A stretch of 11,088 nt of DNA, taken from a virus. Shown here one piece after another: positions 1-6,149 of this stretch; position 1 is the first letter of the stretch; each line of letters begins with the position of its first letter. Under the pieces are notes generated by a model. That model was not told the origin of the DNA. It was given only the letters and a program-made list of their open reading frames with translations, and did not search any database. Location: the IMG/VR virus record IMGVR_UViG_3300029573_000021, positions 1 to 11,088 of that record. One strand, 5' to 3'. Made by a program: the position numbers and the translations under genes.

Positions 1-597
1 TGAATTGCCAGCCGCCACCTTGGAGGCTTGAGCGGCGCCGGCATAGCCTTCCGCTTCTCTGGCTCGTTCCGCGGCGGTGATAGCCGCTCCGGTTGCCGTC
101 GTGGCTGCCTGACTCGCTGTGTCCGCGTCCGTGCGGGTGCTGGAAGCATCCTGCTGCGCCTGCTGGGCGGCGAGGGAAGCCGCCGTGTTGGAAAGCCACT
201 GCGCCTTGATGGTCTTGCCTGCCTCGATAGGAATCGCAATGCCCATCACCGGAATGTCGTACACAGTGGAAGCCTCAATGGGAGTCACGGACTCCACAGC
301 GCCGATGTAACCCGCAAATAGCCGTAAATCCTCTCCGGATTCATCCTGGGCATGGATGGCATACGGCCAGCGGCCAATAGGAAGGGCGGGAAAGGTAAGC
401 TCCAGGTAATTCTCCTGTTCGCCATGCTCGATTGTGATGGGCAGCTCTCCTTCCTCCGTTTTCACGGTGCCCGCAAAAGAAACGCCCGTTACCGGGAACG
501 GAGATTGAGTCACGTCCTCACGCAAAAGCCAGCCTATGCGCTTGGCATAGCCGGCTGTCGTGGACAAATGGCGTGTAATCCCCAGAAAATTAAGCAT
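1..597 (-). CDS. Hypothetical protein, N-terminal 199 aa only (ORF runs off the left edge). The distal part is Ala/Gln/Thr-rich and loosely reminiscent of phage fibre proteins.
   Basis: Absent from the ORF track because it has no stop in the window. Hand translation from ATG 597..595 gives MLNFLGITRHLSTTAGYAKRIGWLLREDV...LSNTAASLAAQQAQQDASSTRTDADTASQAATTATGAAITAAERAREAEGYAGAAQASKVAAGNS. I checked all 199 in-frame triplets on the + strand and none is tta/cta/tca. An AAGGAGG lies only 1 nt upstream of the ATG, which is unusually short spacing, so the start is tentative. The + strand ORFs 28..321 and 352..705 are its antisense shadows. Confidence 0.6.
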   Translation of the reverse strand, partial: MLNFLGITRHLSTTAGYAKRIGWLLREDVTQSPFPVTGVSFAGTVKTEEGELPITIEHGEQENYLELTFPALPIGRWPYAIHAQDESGEDLRLFAGYIGAVESVTPIEASTVYDIPVMGIAIPIEAGKTIKAQWLSNTAASLAAQQAQQDASSTRTDADTASQAATTATGAAITAAERAREAEGYAGAAQASKVAAGNS

Positions 598-631
598 GCC
601 TCCTTCATGAGGCAAACCCGGAAAAATCTCA

Positions 632-659
632 AGTTGCCGAGTGTCACTACTTTTTGCCG
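632..659 (-). promoter_or_regulatory. Copy 2 of a repeated intergenic element: an exact 15-mer AGTTGCCGAGTGTCA plus a second TTGCCG hexamer 20 bp away.
   Basis: The 15-mer at 632..646 is identical to 1180..1194. TTGCCG occurs at 634..639 and 654..659. The element sits directly after the terS stop (647..649) and 34 nt upstream of ATG 597. Confidence 0.45.
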
Positions 660-1144
660 GACTTTACGGGAGGATCAAATGGCAGGGACGCCAAAAGAAT
701 CATAAAGTTCTCTCCTGCATCTACTTTCATCTTCTCTGGTGCATAGGCTCCATCCATCTTGTTGAGCTCGGCAATGGCTGCAATTTTCGATGGCATCTTG
801 AATTTCATGCCATTTTCATCAATGGAAGACTCTTGGCAAAGCTCTGACGTGTTGTCAATATCACCGATGGGAGTTGTCACAACGCGGGAAAGCCATTCCA
901 TGCGTTCCTGCTTGGTCAGCACGGCGGATTTATTCAACTGGGCGTTCAATTCGTCAATCATTCGCACAATTTCAGCATCTTTGGACAAACGGGAAGCCGC
1001 CTTACTTGCCGCCTCATTGCTCATGTCCTTGCGTTTGTAAGCCTTACGGTATGCGTCCGCCTTGGACAATTTTCCATCAACCAGGAGCCTTGCAAACTCC
1101 TTCTTCTTCTCCGTCGTCCTGGATTTGTTACCCTCTCTCTTCAT
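647..1144 (-). CDS. terS: Terminase small subunit (Terminase_2 / P27-type family)
   Basis: 165 aa. The N-terminal pattern KKKEFARLLVDGKLSKADAYRKAYKRKDMSNEAASKAASRLSKDAEIVRMIDEL, followed by ...KIAAIAELNKMDG, matches the usual HTH-like N-terminus and the conserved ALELLGK-like segment of small terminases. A GGAGG lies 13 nt upstream of the ATG, which is long spacing. Confidence 0.8.
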   Translation of the reverse strand: MKREGNKSRTTEKKKEFARLLVDGKLSKADAYRKAYKRKDMSNEAASKAASRLSKDAEIVRMIDELNAQLNKSAVLTKQERMEWLSRVVTTPIGDIDNTSELCQESSIDENGMKFKMPSKIAAIAELNKMDGAYAPEKMKVDAGENFMILLASLPFDPPVKSGKK

Positions 1145-1179
1145 ACCAATATTTTACCCTCCTGTTTTTCGGCGTGTCG

Positions 1180-1207
1180 AGTTGCCGAGTGTCAACGTTT
1201 CTTGCCG
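1180..1207 (-). promoter_or_regulatory. Copy 1 of the repeated element (15-mer AGTTGCCGAGTGTCA plus a second TTGCCG 20 bp away), upstream of terS.
   Basis: The 15-mer is at 1180..1194, with TTGCCG at 1182..1187 and 1202..1207. It lies 35 nt upstream of the terS ATG (1144), in the 69-nt gap after the wHTH gene. On the minus strand it reads TTGACACTCGGCAACT, which begins with a -35-like TTGACA. Confidence 0.45.
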
Positions 1208-1213
1208 ATAGCA

Positions 1214-1501
1214 TCAACCTGCTGACTTTGAATCCTCAACTCCATCCAAAAAATCACGCCCCTGCTTGCTCAAATAATGCACACAGGGACGTGACCCGGT
1301 TTTGACCACGTCGCCAGTCCTTGCCAGGTAATCCAGCCTGTGGGACACGTTACTGGGGTCCAGATGGCACCTGTCAGCAATCTCCCGTGACGTTCTTCCC
1401 GGATGATCTCGGACCTCCATCAGGATAAGCAGTTGCGACGGCCGCACCCTCTGGCGGACAATGTTCCGCAACAGGTCTTTTCTGACTGACGACTCGTTCA
1501 T
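1214..1501 (-). CDS. Winged helix-turn-helix transcriptional regulator (MarR/ArsR-like)
   Basis: 95 aa. The segment LLILMEVRDHPGRTSREIADRCHLDPSNVSHRLDYLARTGDVVK is a typical wHTH recognition-helix region. It has an ATGA overlap with the upstream DnaC-like gene, and an SD (GGGAGGG) is embedded in that gene's 3' end. Confidence 0.7.
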   Translation of the reverse strand: MNESSVRKDLLRNIVRQRVRPSQLLILMEVRDHPGRTSREIADRCHLDPSNVSHRLDYLARTGDVVKTGSRPCVHYLSKQGRDFLDGVEDSKSAG

Positions 1502-2121
1502 TCTCCCTCCCTTCTCATGTAGCGTTCAAAGCAGTAGTCCGGCGCGTCCTCGACCCTGCATACCACGTTTTCGCCCCGGTACAGGCGGGAGGCGATACGG
1601 GCATCCAAATGTTCCCCGATATGTTTCGGCAGCAGGTTGGAGGTGAGCATCGTCCATTTCCCGAGCCGTCCGTCAACAACACGGTTCAGCGCGGACAGAA
1701 TGGAAGGCGTGGTGTTCTCAGCTCCGATGTCGTCCAGAATCAGCACGTACACCTCTTTGACCAGATACTCCACGAATGCCCAGTCCCCGGAACGAAGCAT
1801 GGAAACCACCTTTTGCCACTTCCAAAGCTGGATTGGAATCGTGGGGCGCTCTTTGACCAATGCAGTCCTCACGGACTCCGCCAGATGCGTCTTGCCCACC
1901 CCGGAAGCCCCCAACAGGGAAAGCCAGCGGCGCGGACGAACCTTGTTCACCACGTCGTTGATGAACCACTGTGCCTCGCGGTGCATGGCTTGAACCTCTG
2001 GGTGCACTCGCTCGTCAAAGCCGCCCATATCGTACCGTACAGGCTTGTAATTGCGGACAATCCCGTTTTGAGATGGCGCAAGGGCAACTTGCCCAGCCAA
2101 GTGTTGAATATCATCCATCAT
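1498..2121 (-). CDS. DnaC/IstB-like AAA+ ATPase (replicative helicase loader)
   Basis: 207 aa. Walker A is LLGASGVGKTHLA and Walker B is VLILDDIG. The gene is short and sits directly downstream of, and overlaps (ATGA at 2118..2121), a replication-organizer-like gene. AAGGAG lies 7 nt upstream. Confidence 0.85.
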   Translation of the reverse strand: MMDDIQHLAGQVALAPSQNGIVRNYKPVRYDMGGFDERVHPEVQAMHREAQWFINDVVNKVRPRRWLSLLGASGVGKTHLAESVRTALVKERPTIPIQLWKWQKVVSMLRSGDWAFVEYLVKEVYVLILDDIGAENTTPSILSALNRVVDGRLGKWTMLTSNLLPKHIGEHLDARIASRLYRGENVVCRVEDAPDYCFERYMRREGE

Positions 2122-2861
2122 TCGTATCTCCTTCCTGCGTTGGCGTCCTTCCGTCCAGATGGACCTTGTTGCCGCCCATGCTGCACATTATTGGTTGCCC
2201 AGGAGCGGGCATACTTGCGGGCCGCCGGCTTCCAATCGGCAAGAGGAATCCCCTTGCTGTCCCGCCAGCCACGGGCGCTGAAATCATCAAAAAACGACTC
2301 TGCGCACCGTTTCAGTTCGTCTCCCTTGGGAGTCATAAGCTGGGCCGCCATGAAAAGCCGCACTTCCTCCGCACTCCGTGGGAACTGTTCTACACCCCTG
2401 TTTACAGAGCACGGCTCCGACTCCGTATACGTCTTCGTCTCCGTCTCCGTATAAGCGGTGGATTTCCGTGACTCACCGTTATTCACCGTGGATTCCCGTG
2501 AACTACCGTGACTCACTGTATTACACGGTGAATCACCGTCAGGAAGCGGGAACTTGGGCTTACTCTGTCTGCGCTGCCCGAAATTGATGATCTGCACATA
2601 ATCCTTGCCCCCGACACAGTATGCCCTTACAAGCCCGGCTTCCTCCGTTTCATGGAGGCAGTCTTGAATGTCCTGGTTACTGACTTTGTCAAGGTGCAGG
2701 GGAAATAAGCGAGTCCTCAATACCGTTGGTCGAGCGTCAAACAGGCCGTAGTCATCCGCCACCAGCAAAAGCCGATGGAAGAAACACTCGGTTCGCCACG
2801 ACAAAGCCGCTACCTTTTCCGAATCGAGAAACCCTTCTCGTATCATGCGTGATGTTGCCAT
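2118..2861 (-). CDS. Putative phage replication initiator / replisome organizer (lambda O-like role), a two-domain protein with a repeat-bearing linker
   Basis: 247 aa. The N-terminal domain (FLDSEKVAALSWRTECFFHRLLLVADDYGLFDARPTVLRTRLFP...GKDYVQIINFGQRRQ) resembles N-termini of prophage replication/DnaD-like organizers. The C-terminal domain contains FFDDFSARGWRDSKGIPLADWKPAARKYARSW. Pairing with the DnaC-like loader and the internal iteron-like array supports the role. The family assignment is from memory only. Confidence 0.55.
   Translation of the reverse strand: MATSRMIREGFLDSEKVAALSWRTECFFHRLLLVADDYGLFDARPTVLRTRLFPLHLDKVSNQDIQDCLHETEEAGLVRAYCVGGKDYVQIINFGQRRQSKPKFPLPDGDSPCNTVSHGSSRESTVNNGESRKSTAYTETETKTYTESEPCSVNRGVEQFPRSAEEVRLFMAAQLMTPKGDELKRCAESFFDDFSARGWRDSKGIPLADWKPAARKYARSWATNNVQHGRQQGPSGRKDANAGRRYE
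2454..2543. repeat. Array of about nine tandem 10-bp units (consensus yaCCGTGa.t) ending in an inverted repeat; candidate origin iterons
   Basis: CCGT starts at 2466, 2476, 2486, 2496, 2506 and 2536, with CTGT at 2516 and CGGT at 2456 and 2526, all in exact 10-bp phase. The 11-mer CCGTGACTCAC is exact at 2466..2476 and 2506..2516. An inverted repeat ACGGTGA-a-TCACCGT lies at 2525..2539. Just upstream are CTCCGTATA x2 (2421..2429, 2445..2453) and a GTCTYC x3 run (2431..2448). Confidence 0.55.
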
Positions 2862-2862
2862 A

Positions 2863-3675
2863 TCAAAAAAGCGTCAGTTGGGGGTTGTAGTTGAGCCACA
2901 GGCATTCAATCTTCTTGCCGCCCTGTGTGTCGTGGGAGACCTTGCATTCTTTCCGCCAGCCGTCCAGATAGGCGGAATAAAGCTCGGAATCGTAGCCGGA
3001 TAGGACAACCTTGCCTTTCAAGGTCTGGAGGAAAACAAGAAGCCGTTCATGGTCCTCTTGGTCGTACTCATGCGCGTACCTCACGCGGTTGCCGAGGGTA
3101 GATTGCACATAGGGAGGATCCACGTAATGCAGTGTATCCGGCGTATCGTACCGGGACATGACCTGCAGAGCATCCATGTTGTTGATCTCGATATTCCGGT
3201 TCCGGAGTTCGGCCGCACATTCTCGCACTACGGCCGGATATTCCCGCCATGTCTGCGGGTAGGGTGTTGTTCTCAATAGACCATTACGTTTGAACCCCGG
3301 CTTGTGAATACCTCCGCCGTAGGACATCATGGAGTTGACGGCAAAGCGGAGAGCATCTTCGACTGGATCTTCCGCGATTTCAAATGACCTGGCATAGGCT
3401 TCTTGTGCGTATGGCGTCAATTCCAACAGACTGGCCAGCCGCGCGGATTTTTCCGTATCGCGCAAAACCTCGAAGAAGTTCACCACCCGGTCATAAAGGT
3501 CGTTATAGACCTCCATCCATGCAGGCTGCTTGTTAAGCAACACAGCCCCGGAACCTCCGAACGGTTCAACATAGATTTTGTGAGGCGGGAAAAAGCTGAT
3601 AATCCAGGGGGCGATTCTGTTCTTGCCTCCAAGGTATCGGGCCAGAGCCCTTTTCCGTGGTGCTCTAGTGTTCAT
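2863..3675 (-). CDS. DNA adenine methyltransferase, D12 class (Dam-like); no cognate restriction gene in the window
   Basis: 270 aa. YLGGKNRIAPWI is present, motif I is VEPFGGSGAV and motif IV is YVDPPYV. The order and spacing are typical of MethyltransfD12 enzymes. Target specificity cannot be read from the sequence. Confidence 0.9.
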   Translation of the reverse strand: MNTRAPRKRALARYLGGKNRIAPWIISFFPPHKIYVEPFGGSGAVLLNKQPAWMEVYNDLYDRVVNFFEVLRDTEKSARLASLLELTPYAQEAYARSFEIAEDPVEDALRFAVNSMMSYGGGIHKPGFKRNGLLRTTPYPQTWREYPAVVRECAAELRNRNIEINNMDALQVMSRYDTPDTLHYVDPPYVQSTLGNRVRYAHEYDQEDHERLLVFLQTLKGKVVLSGYDSELYSAYLDGWRKECKVSHDTQGGKKIECLWLNYNPQLTLF

Positions 3676-4163
3676 AATACAGCCACCTTTCCATGCCCCT
3701 GATTCTGCAATGTGTACAACAGGGGCGCTTCTTGGTTATCCCACGCCACAAGGCAACTCGGAGCGTTGGGCTGGTTGCCGGGCGTTTCTCCGTCCGGGCG
3801 GCAAAAGCGGATGCGGCCTTTCCAGAGGAACAGATACCGGGCACGGTGCAACACACACCGCTGAAACCAGCGCGTGTCCGACCTCATGAAAATGAGCGCC
3901 AGCCCTCCGCCCTGGTGCATACTCATGCGCTCCATGAACGCTTCTGCTTCATTCCCATAAGGAGGGTTAAGCCATACGCGCCCCTCCCATGGCATCAGAA
4001 GGCCGTTATCCTCCACGGTGTAGTTAACACGGGCACAATCCCACGGGCGCACAGTAGCGGCGCAGGGGTCCACATCAAAATGCCCCAGCAGATCCAATAC
4101 GTAGCGCGGAGTGAGCCAGACGTTCGTGGTTTTCTCGGTTTTTGGAGTGTTAAACGTGTTCAT
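3672..4163 (-). CDS. Phage-type DNA N6-adenine methyltransferase (small Dam_MT family)
   Basis: 163 aa. WLTPRYVLDLLGHFDVDPCA is followed by the catalytic WLNPPYG motif, and the size is typical of this phage family. ATGA overlaps occur at both ends (3672..3675 and 4160..4163), with a strong SD (AAAGGAGGGAGA-ATG). Confidence 0.8.
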   Translation of the reverse strand: MNTFNTPKTEKTTNVWLTPRYVLDLLGHFDVDPCAATVRPWDCARVNYTVEDNGLLMPWEGRVWLNPPYGNEAEAFMERMSMHQGGGLALIFMRSDTRWFQRCVLHRARYLFLWKGRIRFCRPDGETPGNQPNAPSCLVAWDNQEAPLLYTLQNQGHGKVAVL

Positions 4164-4489
4164 TCTCCCTCCTTTCTCGGCTCCCAGTTATTGGGAATTT
4201 CGTCGTCAATACCTGTGCAACAAAAACAAGGGGAACCAGATTTCATGTCGCGATGAAGGTGCATGCAATTTTTGCAATTTCGCTCCTTTAAAGACATCCA
4301 CGCCCTGCACGCGGCCCGCTTCCGCCATGTGTCGCGGATAAGTGCATTTAATCCGCACATGTTGCGTTGCATATGCCAAAAGGAAAGCCCCATATCGGGC
4401 ACATCCGCGAAATACTTTTTGCTTCTGTGGGCTTTAAGCCAGCCGCGGGAGCGCCCATACTCAAACCAGGCTTTCTGCTCAGGCGTCAT
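4160..4489 (-). CDS. Hypothetical Cys-rich protein (109 aa), possible zinc-binding C-terminus
   Basis: The ORF track starts this at 4519. I prefer ATG 4489 (MTPEQKAWFEYG...) because AAGGAGG lies 6 nt upstream and the overlap with the preceding gene then drops to 11 nt. The C-terminus is NCKNCMHLHRDMKSGSPCFCC. I recognise no family. Confidence 0.6.
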   Translation of the reverse strand: MTPEQKAWFEYGRSRGWLKAHRSKKYFADVPDMGLSFWHMQRNMCGLNALIRDTWRKRAACRAWMSLKERNCKNCMHLHRDMKSGSPCFCCTGIDDEIPNNWEPRKEGE

Positions 4490-4967
4490 TTTCTTCCTCC
4501 TTGGTAGGGTTCCAATCACGACAGCAGTTTTTTAGATCGCTTATGATTCCGTGGGTGTAGCAAAAATAATCACCTTCGTTCATTTCACAGTTTGCACACG
4601 ATTTTTTGAATGGGAACCTCCTTTCAAACACAATTTTTACCTGCCCTGCCTTCGCCAAGTCATGCACACGGTCAATCCCCATGGCCTTGCAGGCTCCGTC
4701 CAGGTACGCTTTGCAGCGGGCAAGGCAGTTGTCCGCGTCCGGCTTGTTGCCCTTGAAGTACCAGATCACCCGGTAATGCGTCGGCTGCATCTTGTGGCCC
4801 TTCAGGGCTTCCTGCGTCACGGCACCGGCCATTGTTCGGGCGCGGCGCTTGGCAGACGTCTTCTTGTAGCCGGCCACAATGGCCCCCCTCTGCGTGAGAG
4901 GGGCCTTGGCGTTGGGCGACAGGCAGCGCGGCGTATGGGGCAAGGTAATGGTCAGCGTGGTCATCAT
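4479..4967 (-). CDS. rusA: RusA-like Holliday-junction resolvase with a Cys-rich C-terminal extension
   Basis: 162 aa. ITLPHTPRCLSPNAK (a PPS.N-like N-terminal motif) and GNKPDADNCLARCKAYLDGACKAMGID (the D-x-D-N ... LDG core of RusA) are present. An extra roughly 40-aa tail SCANCEMNEGDYFCYTHGIISDLKNCC is not part of canonical RusA. It has an ATGA overlap with the nuclease gene and a GGAGG 6 nt upstream. Confidence 0.65.
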   Translation of the reverse strand: MMTTLTITLPHTPRCLSPNAKAPLTQRGAIVAGYKKTSAKRRARTMAGAVTQEALKGHKMQPTHYRVIWYFKGNKPDADNCLARCKAYLDGACKAMGIDRVHDLAKAGQVKIVFERRFPFKKSCANCEMNEGDYFCYTHGIISDLKNCCRDWNPTKEEENDA

Positions 4968-6130
4968 GCCGCACCTCCCCCTATCTCCTTCACGGAGCCA
5001 TCAGAGACTTTCACTTCTGCGCACCCTGCAAGCGTCTTCCGCAGCCAATCCTTGGACTCGGCTACCTTGGCGCCAGCATCCGCGGCCTTCCGCACGGAAT
5101 GCACCAGCTTATCCAGGTCGGTAATCCCCACCTTGCAGCAGGACGTGAACGCCGGTGCCGTGATGCCATCGGGGAACAAACCGTTGAGGATTTGAAAGGC
5201 CGCCGCGGCATCCGTGATCGTAAACGCCTTCTTGCCGGGGGCCAGAACCAGCCCGGGAATATCCACTTCGGCTTTCAGATCCGCCTTCACTTTACCTTCC
5301 ACGGAAGCCGCCCACTTCTTCGCCAGCTTGGCGAGGTCATAAGCTTCCCGACGCTTTTCGGGGGTCCACTGCTCCCAGGCAGCCGTTAAATCCCCGGACG
5401 TGACGTTCACCAGGGCCAGAGACACTGCCGGGCAGGAAGACTGGGCCCGGCAATACCGGCAAGCCTTCTCGCTGGGTTTCAGCGGAGCGTGTTCGTCCTG
5501 CGCCAGCTTGATGCAGGTTTGGAAAAACGCCCGTGCCTGCTCCACGCTCTCGCGAGTGTACCGGCACACGGCAGGTTCCTTCCGGCTCGCATAAGGCTGC
5601 AAAATGCAAACAAACACCTCATCTATCATTTCAAATTCAGGCAACCTGTAGCCACACTTGGAATCTGCCACCAGCACGGCCAGGGCGCTCAACTGCAAAT
5701 TGCACTCGGCAGCCGCCACCGGCAGGTGGCCAAACTTGTAATCAATCACCAGCGCTCTGCGGCCCCAGTAAACTACCAGATCAGGCTTCCCGGAAAACAT
5801 TCCATCCTTTTCAAAATACCGCACTTCGCGCATGAACTGTTCTCTCAACAAATCCTTGCTGAAATCCGACATTTCCAGGTACTTCTCACACAGGGAAATT
5901 TCCGTCTCGCGGCACCAAGCCACGGCTTCGGCGTCCTCCGGGTCCTCCGGCATTGTCCCTTGCTCCATGTGGACATGCAGCATGGTTCCCAGGGCGGCAT
6001 CATCGCTCTCTTCGTCCACCGGGCACTTCCTTTCTGCATTCCAGCTTCCGGGGCAGAGGAAAAGCCTCTGCATCCCGCTGGCGCTGGGCAGCCCCTGCCG
6101 TTCGTCCTCGATGATCTCTGTATCAAACAT
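4964..6130 (-). CDS. PD-(D/E)XK nuclease, Cas4-like with Fe-S cysteines (DUF2800-like phage exonuclease)
   Basis: 388 aa. The nuclease core is GKPDLVVYWGRRALVIDYKFG (D...D/E-x-K). One N-terminal Cys (LFLCPGSW) plus the C-x2-C-x5-C motif CRYCRAQSSC gives the Cas4/AddB-type four-Cys pattern. About 150 aa follow as a C-terminal extension. Confidence 0.75.
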   Translation of the reverse strand: MFDTEIIEDERQGLPSASGMQRLFLCPGSWNAERKCPVDEESDDAALGTMLHVHMEQGTMPEDPEDAEAVAWCRETEISLCEKYLEMSDFSKDLLREQFMREVRYFEKDGMFSGKPDLVVYWGRRALVIDYKFGHLPVAAAECNLQLSALAVLVADSKCGYRLPEFEMIDEVFVCILQPYASRKEPAVCRYTRESVEQARAFFQTCIKLAQDEHAPLKPSEKACRYCRAQSSCPAVSLALVNVTSGDLTAAWEQWTPEKRREAYDLAKLAKKWAASVEGKVKADLKAEVDIPGLVLAPGKKAFTITDAAAAFQILNGLFPDGITAPAFTSCCKVGITDLDKLVHSVRKAADAGAKVAESKDWLRKTLAGCAEVKVSDGSVKEIGGGAA

Positions 6131-6149
6131 AAGGTCAGTAAGTCAGGGG

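Noticed and set aside
28-705. + strand ORFs 28..321, 119..310 and 352..705.
   Set aside because: They are antisense shadows of the open-ended minus-strand ORF 1..597, which is stop-free over all 199 codons and has a start context. The + strand products are Arg/Gly/Cys-rich and not protein-like.
3088-3099. GTTGCCGAGGGT inside the Dam-like gene matches 11 of 12 nt of the terS-flanking motif.
   Set aside because: It lies within coding sequence, has no partner TTGCCG at 20 bp and no downstream start codon, so it is likely coincidental.
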